NCBI GenBank assembly: GCA_951406725.2
Contig: OX597821.1
Span: 52,514,001 to 52,578,000 of the forward strand
Reading direction: 5' to 3'
Length of the DNA stretch: 64,000 bases
Origin: Octopus vulgaris
Taxonomy: Eukaryota
How positions within the stretch are numbered: the stretch's first letter is position 1; each line of letters opens with the position of its first letter. Shown here in pieces: positions 44,403-55,910 of this stretch. A program made the position numbers and the translations under genes. The notes below the pieces were generated by a model. The model had not been told where the DNA came from. It worked only from the letters and a program-made list of their open reading frames with translations, and made no database searches.

Positions 44403-44772
44403 AGGCGCAGGAGTGGTAAGTAGCTTCCGGGTTCAGTCCCACTGCGTGGCATCTTGGGCAAGTATCTTCTGCTATAGCCCCGGGCCGACCAATGCCTTGT
44501 GAGTGGATTTGGTAGACGGAAACTGAAAGAAGCCTGTCGTATATATGTATATATATATATGTATGTGTGTGTTTATGTGTCTGTGTTTGTCCCCCTAGCA
44601 TTGCTTGACATCCGATACTGGTGTGTTTACGTCCCCGTCACTTAGCGGTTCGGCAAAAGATACCGATAAAATAAGTACTGGGCTTACAAAGAATAAACCC
44701 GGGGTCGATTTGCTCGACTAAAGGCGGCACTCCAGCATGGCCGCAGTCAAATGACTGAAACAAATAAAAGAG
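44403..44772 (+). mobile_element. SINE family A (tRNA-like head, internal microsatellite, CR1-like tail)
   Basis: ggcgcaggagtgg...ggttcagtcccactgcgtggc...gtagacggaaactgaaagaagcc-(TA/TG)n-...ggcggcactccagcatggccgcagtcaaatgactgaaac. Several other copies occur in the window. Confidence 0.85.
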
Positions 44773-46841
44773 TATGCATCAATTAAAATAATGAATTAAA
44801 AAATAACGAAACAACAGTGATTTGCACTAAGAATGAATACGTTATTATTCTTCCGAACTTTGGCTATTAATCGATTGTCTGTTTGTTCAACAATCATGCA
44901 TGCCAGTGCAATCTATACAGGTATTCCGATGTGTGTAGAAGGGCTTTATATAAAACACGAAAAGCAAAATGGACCTTTAAAAAAACTTTTTTAGCGTTAA
45001 TTTAACTTGTTCAAGAACTGTATTAGCTAGAAGCTGTAGAGAAGTGTGCGAAAAGTAAACATTAACATTAGTGACATTATTGAGTCACTGCTGTAGGTTT
45101 ATGATTTACGTGCAAACACACACAAACGTACACACGCACATACACAGAGATGCATTTATCCTAGAAAGAAGGTAAGCCTGTGTGCCTTATGTGTGTGCGT
45201 ATGTTCGTCCGTCTTCAAGTACTTCCTTTCGGAAAAGTTAGATTTACATTGTAAGTTGATACTTCGTAATCTATTTCCTTGCTTAGCTGAGATGTTCCAC
45301 AAATCCATTTAGGTAGGCGACGCAAGGAGGAAAAAGCTCTCTATACACAAGCAAACAGTAAATAGTGTAAAATATCACATTATACTTTCTGCATTAATAT
45401 CGACACATTGCAGTCCACAAGATTATATATTCTTTTCTATTCCATCACACTGTCCATCTATATTATTAAAATCAACAAGGCATCACCAAACATTAACCCT
45501 GGCTCATACGTGAATACATATGTACTGAAATAGAATACATATCTGAATATGTTCCAATCTGTCTGATATTGAGTATTGAAATCAATATATATAATCTCAG
45601 CCTATGAAGTAATTACGTTTATGTTTTCGAAATATGAGAAATTGACAGAATATGTTTGTGACGTTACTGACGATTATGTATAAACAGATGGATGTATTGT
45701 ATACCATCTATTCAATACATTACTCCAGCAGATACAAAGATTGCTTCCCATGAAGCAAGTTAATGACATTCAACTAAAGGTATGTAGATTTAGCGTTTCA
45801 GATGACAATCCTAATTTAGGACGTATACAAAGATTGTCTCGAATTTTGCTTTTCGATATTAAATTTATATTCTCGTCAAAGACTGAATTTCATTGAGAAT
45901 GTGCTCAAAGGATATCTCACATCTGAGAAAGGTGGACGCCTATTTAGCGCCGGGCTTCATAATCGAATGAATTAAGTTATAATGTGAAGCTTGCGTGCCT
46001 TATATGAACCTGTAAGTATATATATTGAATATGTAAATTGGAACAAATTCACATACATGTTCTAATGGCAAGTACGAGGTTGTAAATCAAGAAGTACCGT
46101 AAGATTTAAGTAGTCAAAGGCTTCTGGTTACTTATAGTCACTCACATTTGATAATCATCATGCATGTTCTCTCATTCAGACTTTCACAAATATTTTATGT
46201 TTACTTTCAAAATTTTCCGCGATGATGATACTATAAATGCTGATGATATATCGTTATCTATCAACTTATGACATTCAGCAGTGAGCTGGAACATTCATTG
46301 GCGCATCAGAAAAAATACCATGCGATATTTCACCCAGCTCTTTACGTTTCTATGATATTTTCACGCCGAGACCAACTTTGCCTTTAATCTCTTTGACGTG
46401 AATAAATAAAGTGGCAATAACATTCTGGTATTAATGGGATTGACTAATCCGTTCCTTTCGAAATTGCTGGCCTTGTGACTAAATAAGAATTCACTATCTA
46501 GACTAAATCTACTTCAGTAGTATCAAATGAAAACGTTGTGAACATAAAACACGATGTAATATAGAGTAGCATAGGTGGCAGAATAAATAATCTTTATGGG
46601 AGAAAAAAACGACATTATCATATTTGCTTTTATAACATAACAAGTATTCAATCTCAATTAATTTAAAGATATTTTAATAAAATAGCGTTACAATAATTCT
46701 CTTAATCTGAATCTCGCTTTAAAAATTCTAAGATTGATTGATGTAGAAAAAGTCGAAATCACAAGGAAGCCGTCGTCATTTCAAATTAATCTGTCTGTTG
46801 CACACAGAAACACACGAACAAATACACGCATGTATACTCAC

Positions 46842-46879
<38 letters not shown>

Positions 46880-47140
46880 CAAATATAAAAATATATGTGA
46901 GTGCGTGTGTGGTAATGTTTCTATTTATGTTCAGTTATAATAAAAGTAATTTTACATTAATCTTATATGTTTCTGTATACTTTAATAGAGTTCAAACGTA
47001 TTGTTCCTCAACAAGAATACGTTATTGACTGTGACTTCGAAATTTCGGTCAGTTAGGACATCGTCCGGCTATAGCTTCAGTGGCAGAAACTTTGAACGTC
47101 ATCAATAATATTCTTATTCAATAATATATATATATATATT

Positions 47141-47435
47141 AGAAATATTGAATTTCGAAATATCTCAGAGAGACATGAGCGGTGGTGGAGCGATAGAGTT
47201 GTTGAGTACTGTCAACGTAACGTGACAGTCCCGTAAAGGGAATTACCTCACCGCTATTTAGCCCTAGCAAGCATCGACGCTTCCTGTCGGCTTTGACACA
47301 TTTCCTGTGTCCTTATATTTGCGAAGGGGAGGTAAGCCCCCCCCACACACACACACAGCTAGGGCTAGCACCTAGAGACATGCATGTTTCTGAGTCCATT
47401 GCTCATCATCAGTCTAGGGTAGCCAGTCCTGCTGG

Positions 47436-47437
<2 letters not shown>
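47141..47437 (-). mobile_element. Second, diverged member of the HHR-bearing retrozyme-like family
   Basis: Shares with 20430-20822 the 'agaaatatt..a.tt' start, the tttGACACA-N5-TGTGTCc hairpin, 'cgaa..gggaggt.a.ccc' and the HHR at an equivalent position. Bounded by (TA)n; may extend left to ~47035. Confidence 0.7.
47371..47418 (-). ncRNA. Type I hammerhead ribozyme, intact catalytic core
   Basis: Minus strand reads CCUAGA-CUGAUGA-UGAG-caaugga-CUCA-GAAA-CAUGCAUG-UC|UCUAGG. Stem I is CCUAGA/UCUAGG (extendable by GGCUA/UAGCC across a bulge), the CUGAUGA and GAAA boxes are canonical, stem II is UGAG/CUCA, stem III is palindromic (ACAUGCAUGU) and the cleavage triplet is GUC (cut between 47377 and 47376). 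Confidence 0.9.
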
Positions 47438-47476
<39 letters not shown>

Positions 47477-47594
47477 AAATAGAGGCACAACAAGGCCCCA
47501 ATATTTGCTTGAAATAGCAGTCGATAACCGTACGACGCTATGTGGTATTTCATTGAATGTCTAGAGGTAAAGATGTGGGCGGGCGGCAAATATA

Positions 47595-48009
47595 TTGGGT
47601 TGTCCGGAAAGTTCGAACTGCTTTTTAAAGGAAAGGAAAAGGTCAATAAATACTTGGCATTACATTTTTGATCAACCAAATATGAGCTATTTTGTTGCAC
47701 AATGCGTCTCCATCTTTTCTTTAACTTGAAAATATCCTATCCCCAGAATTGAGGTAGTTTCATGCCAAAGAATTCATCAAGGTATCTTTTACGTCATCCA
47801 AGGAATTGAAATGTTTATCATTAAGACTATTCTGCAGAGACCTGAATAAGTGGAAATCCAAAGGAGCAATATCTGGTGAATATGGAGGGTGGGGTAACAC
47901 ATCTCAGCCGAGCTGCAGCAATTTTTGTCTGGTTCCCAAAGCATCAAGCGCTAAAATAAGTCGGAAGGTAAGCTGCTATCAATCGGCACGAACTTTCCGG
48001 ACAACCCAA
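47595..48009 (-). mobile_element. Internally deleted mariner element (415 bp)
   Basis: TIRs ttgggttgtccggaaagttcg / cgaactttccggacaacccaa with TA on both sides. The minus strand encodes the transposase C-terminus, HPPYSPDIAPLDFHLFRSLQNSL. Confidence 0.9.
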
Positions 48010-48071
48010 TAAAAAATTTTCGTCTTACTTCGAGGAAGAACGCCGGATAAATGGACAACTTAGAATGGATA

Positions 48072-48144
48072 ACTCAGTACCCGAGTTTCAGACTTCCTGA
48101 ATACGTTTATTATCGTAAATCTGGTTAGTTTTCTTCAGCTAGGT
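48072..48144 (-). ncRNA. Type I hammerhead ribozyme motif, left arm of an inverted repeat
   Basis: Minus strand reads ACCUAG-CUGAAGA-AAAC-(loop)-GUCU-GAAAC-UCGG-GUA|CUGAGU. It is the inverted, diverged copy of 48315-48388. Confidence 0.65.
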
Positions 48145-48314
48145 ACCTTCATGGTGATCTATTTAGTTGGAAAATAATACTATTGTATTACAATAATAGT
48201 TATAACTGTTTATATAAAACTTATTTCCTGATTTTCCTTCTGTTTATGGCTAGGCGTATCAGCTGAATATACAGGCATTGATTTAGCGGATATTTCAAAT
48301 TTCGTCTTCGGTGA

Positions 48315-48388
48315 ACCTAGCTGAAGAAGACCAAGCAGATTTACCAAAACAAACGTATTGTAGAAAGTCCGAAACTTGAGTACCAGGT
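48315..48388 (+). ncRNA. Type I hammerhead ribozyme motif, right arm of an inverted repeat
   Basis: ACCUAG-CUGAAGA-AGAC-(35 nt)-GUCC-GAAAC-UUGA-GUA|CCAGGU. One mismatch each in stems I and II; the consensus with the left-arm copy restores perfect stems. Confidence 0.7.
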
Positions 48389-48689
48389 TATCCATTTATC
48401 CGGCGTTCTTCCTAGAGATAAAACGAACATTTTTATGTTCGCCGCCCACACACATCTTTGCCCCTATACATTTAGTGAAGCTTTACATAGCGTCGTACGG
48501 TTATCGACTGCTATCTCCAGCAAACAATAGGCATAAAGCCAGGAATTTTAAGGGAGTGGACTAAACGATTAAGTTAATCCTAGTGCTCAGCTACAATTTA
48601 TTTCATCGACCCACTAGAAAGATAAAAGGGTAAGTCAACATCGGTGAATTTGAACTCAGAACGTAATGAGCCGAACTTTCACTGATTCT

Positions 48690-49265
48690 GGCGACACGAT
48701 CAGGCAGCGAATATTCTACATTGGAGATTGTACACGAAATGGGGGTTACCGAGATTTAAGACATGGTATGAGCAAAAAACGCAGAGTAGCGCAGTCGGAG
48801 ACTAGCAAAATCCTCCGGAATTTCCCAATCCAAACAGATCAGGCTTTACAGCATAACAGACTGGACTTAGTCTGTTGGGCATAACAGACCTGACGTAGTA
48901 GTGGGCAAGGTGCACCACATAGGCTGTATAGTTGATGTTGCATGCCCCTTTGACCCACGGATAGTCAAGAAGGAAGGCGAAAAGATAGATAAATATAACC
49001 CTATTAAGTACGAAATGGCCGGGCTTTGGAAAATGAAGGTGAAGATAGCGCCAATTATTGTTGGATCCTTGGGAACAGTATCAGAAAGTATCAAGTGGAA
49101 TATAAAGGAAATTGGAATAGAGTGATTTCTTGGTACGGCCAGAATAATCAGAAAAGTATTAGATAGTTGAAAAGAACGGATAGCATGGGAAATGGGCTAC
49201 AGGTAGGAAGCCTGCTACGCATGCAAGACTCCATGAGCTCCAAGAAAATCTGTGATAAAGAGAAA
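48690..49265 (+). mobile_element. R4/Dong-clade LINE 3' end, subfamily 3
   Basis: KILRNFPIQTDQALQHNRLDLV; RPDVVV...IVDVACPFDPRIVKKEGEKIDKY...KIAPIIVGSLGTV. Nucleotide similarity to 30700-31270. Confidence 0.87.
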
Positions 49266-49574
49266 TAATAATTATAATCCTTTCTACTATGGGAACACGG
49301 TCCCAATATTCTAGTGGTACTTCTTTTATCGACTCCGAAAGGACGAAAGGCAACGCCGACCCCGGTAGGATTTGAAGCCAGAGCGTAAAGATGGACGAAA
49401 CACCGCGAAGCAATTTCGTTCGGCGTGCTAACGAATCTGCCAGTCTTAGCAGTAATAATGATAATAATAATAATAATAATAATGATGATGATGATAATAA
49501 TGATGATGATAATGATGATGATGATAATAATGATGATGATAATAATGATGATGATAATAATGATGATGATAGTA

Positions 49575-49621
<47 letters not shown>

Positions 49622-50145
49622 ATTTCTTGAAGATGATTATCTTTGCGCTGCTGATTTTCTTCTGTCATAGATGTTATCTCTGTAATTAGAACCCAACCAA
49701 CAAAATTCCAAAAATTTAAAAACAATTGGAATTAGGTTTCAAATTCACGTAAATCAAGAAGAAATTTTGACAATTCCCATGGATTTTCCCATGAGCTTGT
49801 GTCAATCCCAAAAGATATTGGGCTCCGCTTGAATTATTTTTCGTCCCTGAACATTAACTTGTTGCATTTCAGTGATTGCTCTATCTTGTTGTTAAGCTTG
49901 CGTCTGATGTAGGAGCCTATATTTATACATCTAGAATATGTAAACTGCTACAATTCACATATCCCGGCTCCCCCAAAAAAGCAATTACGGGGTAATAAAT
50001 CACTGAGGTATCACATGAGTTAGAGCGTCAAAGGATTACGGTTGTATATAATCATTCACGTTCGATTACAAACATACATGATTGTAATTGGAAATGATAA
50101 TTGAGTTATTATCATTCTGAATATAACCTTAATTTTTAACAACAG

Positions 50146-50610
50146 AGGCGCAGGCATGGCTGTATGGTAAGAAGCTTGCCTCGCAACCACATGGTTCCGC
50201 GTTCATTCCCACTTCGTGACACCATGGTCAAGTGTCTTCTACTATAGCCTCGGGTCGACCAAAGCTTTGGATTTTGGTTGATGGAAACGGAAAGAAGCCC
50301 GTTGTCTGTCTCTTTCTCTCTCTCACTGTCTCTGTCTGTCTGCCTCTCTATCTGTTTATCTATCTAGATATGTATATACACCTATGCGTGTATATCTTTG
50401 TTTCTGAGTTTTACTCCGATGACTGCTTGAGAACTGGTGTCGGTGTGTTCGCGTCTCCATAAGCTAGCAGTTCGGCAATAGAGACCCAGTAGAATAAGTA
50501 CCAAGCTTAGCAAAATTAGACCGATTGATTTCTTCGAGACTAAAACCCTTGAAGCCAGTTCCTCAGCATAGCCGCAGTCAAGTGACTGAAACTCGTAAAA
50601 GATAAAAAAA
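50146..50610 (+). mobile_element. SINE family A copy
   Basis: Colinear similarity to 44403-44772. Confidence 0.8.
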
Positions 50611-50919
50611 AGATCAACATAAAAGCTATCATTATTTTGCTCTCAGAATCAGTACAGCTATATTGAAGAGTTTGCCTATTGCTTTTAACAGAAGGTACCT
50701 TAATTCATATGTTACCTATAATGTAGACAAAAAGACAAACGGTAGTTTACTGAACACTGCATTACTTGGTTTCGTAAGTTTAAACATAGAACATAACATG
50801 TGGAATAGCCAATGATAACGATTCTACATGGTTCCTCTACATACAGCTACGAAATAATTTTCATATCACACGCTCCAAACTTACAAAATGTTGGCACTTT
50901 GTATAATATGCTCCCAGAT

Positions 50920-51091
50920 ACGCGCTGGCGTGGATTAGTGGTAAGAAATTTGCTTCCGACCACATGGTTCCGGGTTCAGTCCCACTGTGTAGCGCCTTCG
51001 CCAAGTGTCTTCTATTATAACTACGAGCCGACCAAAGCCTTTTGAGTGAATTTGGTAGACAGAAACTTAAAGAAGCTCAACATACATGGGC

Positions 51092-51159
<68 letters not shown>

Positions 51160-51305
51160 AAATATATTTATGCATATATCAATAACGGTTCGGCAAAAGA
51201 AACCGATGGAATAAAGAAAATAAGAAATAAGAAAATAAGCCCTGGGGTCGATTTGTCTTAGATGGTGCGACAGCATGGCCGCGGTCAAATGAAAAAGATA
51301 AACGA
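50920..51305 (+). mobile_element. SINE family A copy (internally deleted)
   Basis: ccacatggttccgggttcagtcccactg...gtagacagaaac...cagcatggccgcggtcaaatg. Confidence 0.78.
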
Positions 51306-52269
51306 AGACATTCTATATTTGGAAATTGAGGTTGTTACAATCTGAATGTCTTCGATCATGTGCCAATTCGATCTTCGTTAAACTAAGGTTAAATAACATC
51401 AGTGTGAATAACAATACACACGAGTTTAACAATAACATTGAGAGGAAAGTAATTATATAGTTCTGATTATTCTGTAAATACACATGTCTGTTGCAGTTAT
51501 GTTACTTAAATGAGATATTCCATTATAATACATAGATGGGAGGGTACATCTTGCTTTCCGAAAATTAATTGCAGATCGACTCTTCAATTAATTGTTGTTG
51601 TTAAATAAAGAATGCGAAAACGTTTATAAAGAGACGGGGTAGGCATTGTAATGTAATGAGTAATATATTGGCGGTAATAAGCTTTAAATTATCGAGATGA
51701 ATAGTTAACAAGGTGGGTGTAGATAACAGTGAGATAAAATACCGGCTTCAATGATTACTATAAGTGCGGGTATCAATAGAAATTTGTATATATTACAAGG
51801 AAGATATTATATCTAGCAGCATGCAATAATTACATACATTCAAGGCGACAAGAGTTTCAAGAATTGTATATAATTGCCATCGACATTTAGACGGCAGATA
51901 TTTAGACTGAAAATAGCATTGTTAACGAGGAATTATATATGGAAGGAGAAAGCTAGATATTCATAGATTGTAAAAGAGGGAGTAAAAAGCAGAGAAAGGG
52001 GATATAAGAAATAATATACATAGAAACATGTGTGTATTTATGTACGTATAGAAACATGCTCAGATAGACGGGAGGTGAGAGAGAGGGAGGGACACATTGG
52101 AGGAGAAATAGGGAAACTAAGTCAGGTATAGAGTTACAGGAAAAGAAGGAATATATAAAACACACACACGTACACACAAAAGACACAAAACGAACGTACT
52201 TAAGGACAGCATTATGCGCCTGTTGATAGCCTCAGCCAACTAGCATTCAATGCAATTATATGCAATACA

Positions 52270-52665
52270 AAGGCGGCGAGCTAGCAGAAACGTTAGCACG
52301 CCGGGCGAAATGCTTAGCGATATTTTGTCTGCCGCTACGTCCTGATTTCAAATTCCGCCGAGGTCGACTTTGACTTTCATCTTTACGGGGTCGATTAAAT
52401 AAATACCAGTGACGCACTGGAGTCGATATAATCAACTTAATCCGTTTGTCTGTCCTCTCTGTGCTTAGCCCCTTGTGGGTAGTAAAGACATAGGTATTTC
52501 GTCTGTCTTTACGTTCTAAGTTGAAATTCCACCGAGGTCGACTTTGCCTTTCATCCTTTCGAGGTCGATAAATTAAGTACCAGTTGCCAGTTGCGTACTT
52601 GGGTCGATCTAATCGACTGGCCCCCTCCCCCAAAATTTCAGCCCTTGTGCTTAGATTAGAAACGA
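52270..52665 (+). mobile_element. SINE family B with an internal duplication
   Basis: aaggcggcgagctagcagaaacgttagc...ttcaaattccgccgaggtcgactttg.ctttcatc...gtcgat..aataccag; the core occurs twice. Confidence 0.85.
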
Positions 52666-52674
52666 ATATATACA

Positions 52675-52711
<37 letters not shown>

Positions 52712-53382
52712 AGGGCCAGGTAGGGTATTTCCAGAAAAGCACTTACCCCGAATTCTGGGCTATTACCACTGTCAGATTCCAGACGAATGCCTAAATTCTT
52801 CAAGTGTAAAGAATCCTGGTTTCATGATGGTCACACTGTTATGTGGGTTTGGCGAGGAGTAAATTATAAGCCAAATAATAAGACTAAAAAAATTTTGAAC
52901 ACATCTCTAATGTTTCGTTACAATTGTTTCTGTACCAACTCTGCTTCCGACGCCAGTTGAGGCAACATTTCGAAGTGAAAATTTACGTTAAGTTTGTGGT
53001 TTTGGGTATTAAAGTTGCACGTCATCAAACTTGCTTCAAATGTGCGATTTTAAATTGTACCTCTTCCAGACATTGATTTTATGCATTGTTTTGTTCACAA
53101 AAAAGAAAAAGAAAAAAACAGTTCGGTAGAAGGAAGAGTTACGTCTTCATTAGATGTGTCACTACGTATAGTTGTTGTTGGTTGGTTTTATTTCGGCACT
53201 AATGGGTGATTAAACCATTTGTTTTAGTAATGTGAAGCATAAATTACAGAGCTCATCCGATATTTAATTAAGTGGAATAAAGTGTTCTTATTGAGATGTG
53301 CCAGCTTTTATGTTAAGGACTTTGCAGGAATTCATACAAGAATGTAAATAGGTAGAGTAAGTAGGTCAGCAATTTTTTTTTA

Positions 53383-54635
53383 TCAGGTCATCCCATAAGT
53401 TCAGTCTGATTTTACCTATTTTTAAAAATTGAATGAAAAATTATTTATATGTTTTTGTGTACATTTAAACTAATTAAATATTATTTTACAGAATAATAGA
53501 ATTAAAATGTCTTTCATTAAAACCCTTTCTAACATGGAAGTATCCAAAGAGCATTTAAGGCACATAATGATTTATGAGTACAAAAAAGGAAACTCTGCAC
53601 CCGAAGTGACTTGAAACATACACCCAGTTTATGGGAAAGAATGCTTCAATGAAAGGACTTGCAGAAGATGGTTTGCAAAATTCAGAAGTGGAGATTTCAG
53701 CCTTGAAGATGAAGATTGAACAGGATGTCCAGTAGAGTTTGATGATAAGCTTCTTGGGGCATTACTTGAAGAAAATCCTGCATTATCAGTTGAAGAATTT
53801 TCAATAAAAATTAGTCCAAACCATACAACTGTTCATCTTCATCTTCAACAACTTAGAAAGGTTCCTAAACTTGGAAAATGGGTGCCTCATGAATTGTCCG
53901 AAAGCAACTGCAAATCCTGAGTTGACATCTGCTCTTCTCTTCATTCTCGCGAACTCGTTTCACTCTTTTTGGATAAACTTGTGACTGGTGACAAAGAATG
54001 GGTCTTCTATCGAAATGTTAAACGTTGTAAATAGTGGCTTGGTAAAAGGGAGAAAGGTCAACTACAACCGAGAAGGGAACCTCATGGATAAAAGGTTCTT
54101 CTCTCAATATGGTGGGACTGCAAAGGAATAATTCACTTTGAATTGTTACCACCTAATGCAACAATTAATACTCCAGTCAACTGTCAGCAATTAGAGCGTT
54201 TGAGCTAAGCTTTGAAGGAAAAAGACCTGCTTTAGTGAATTGAAAAGGAGAGATGTTTCATCGGGACAATGCGCGACCTGATACTGCAAAGATCACATCA
54301 CAGAAGATCGAAGAGATTGGTTGGGGAAAAAAGTTTTCATCTACCATATTCTCCTGGTCTTACTCCTTCAGACTACAATTTAATTCGTAGTTTACAGAAT
54401 CATTTGGGGGACGTAATTTTCGCAAGCCAAGAGGAGGTCGAAACTGATATTTCAAGGTTCTTCGCTTTGAAACCAAGAATTTTACATTGATGGGATTAAA
54501 AATCTTGTAAATAGAAGGAAGGAAGTCGTAGATAATCTGGGAAAGTACATTGATGATTAAATTTCAGTTAAATATAACATTTGATCACTTGTTTTCTTTA
54601 TTCAAAATTCGGACAGAACTTATGGGATGACCTGA
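53383..54635 (+). mobile_element. Full-length (1253 bp) mariner (DD34D) transposon, inactive
   Basis: TIRs tcaggtcatcccataagttc(a/t)gtc.ga.ttt at both ends, TA target duplication at 53381-82 and 54636-37. Confidence 0.95.
53534..54560 (+). pseudogene. Mariner transposase pseudogene
   Basis: Reads MEVSKEHLRHIMIYEYKKGNSA..., WFAKFRSGDFSLEDE, GKWVPHEL, LVTGD-KEWVFY, SIWWDCKGIIHFELL, HRDNARP, YSPGLTPSDYNLIRSLQNHL, ending GKYIDD*. Several in-frame stops and a frameshift. Confidence 0.92.
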
Positions 54636-55602
54636 TACTTACTGTTGGTGCTATATAATTAAATTTTTGCTGTTTCGTTTTGGAAAGAATAAGGTTATTT
54701 GTCAAGCGTGCCATAATGTTGTCAGTATAGAAAGTTGTCTAATTTACGCTTAGGTGTAAAGTTGAGAATAAATTGTTTTAGAAGTTATATCGTTTCTACT
54801 AGGAAATTTTAACATATCTGTTTGAGGGAGGTAAAGTTTGTGGCCTATGTTTCTATAAATATTTCTACCATTCGCTTTCAAGCTTGGTACTTTATAATAC
54901 TTTATTTTTTATCTATGCATATATTCAAGTGTGAGACATTATACAATGTGGACATAAATTTTGTTTGGTCTGCTTTGAGAAAAGATATATAGTGAAATAG
55001 AGTATTTATAAATGTGTGTCTGTGAGTACATATATCCACATACGTATGATTATGTGTATATATATATATATTCGTGTGTATGTTATACAACTGCCAGAAC
55101 ACGATAAAACATCAAGTCTATTGTTCGAATGTTTTTATATCTTACACCTCTATGGAAAATTTCAGCGCCTATAAATGTGCACAGATCTATTTAGAAATAC
55201 ATGTTTATTTTCTTTTGAATTAAAACAAACTTATCTAACGGGAAGATATTTTTCAATATGCAAATAAATAATACTTAAAAATATCATTTACAGTGCTTAC
55301 GTTATATAAATAGAAAATCGTTGATTTCTAGTCACGGGATGTTCGTAAAATGTCGAAAGCACAATACCGTATTTACATGAAGTTCTTAGTGAAATTTTCC
55401 AATAACCAATATGATTTAATATATAAATTTTCAATGCAAGCGAATACAGAAACTGCACAATTGGTAGTAGTCGCTAGTCTTAATACACCTGTGTAAATAA
55501 AGATAAGAAATTTAATACTTAGACTATTATTCTTGTATCTGATAGGAAATTTTGGTTTATAAATCTATTATAATTCTCTAACAGCCTTAGATTCTTTTCT
55601 TG

Positions 55603-55668
<66 letters not shown>

Positions 55669-55698
55669 GTATATATATATATGTATATATATATATAC

Positions 55699-55744
<46 letters not shown>

Positions 55745-55785
55745 GAGTACATATGTACATATACATGCATGCATGTTTGTGTGTA

Positions 55786-55821
<36 letters not shown>

Positions 55822-55862
55822 GAGTACATATGTACATATACATGCATGCATGTTTGTGTGTA

Positions 55863-55910
<48 letters not shown>

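Larger units (their letters stand above)
47497..48531. mobile_element. Fold-back element with two inverted HHR-bearing arms (PLE-pLTR-like), interrupted by a mariner derivative
   Basis: The left arm (47497-47594 plus 48012-48145) is the reverse complement of 48314-48531, e.g. gcagtcgataaccgtacgacgctatgt versus acatagcgtcgtacggttatcgactgc, and ggaagaacgccggataaatgga versus tccatttatccggcgttcttcc. Confidence 0.75.
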
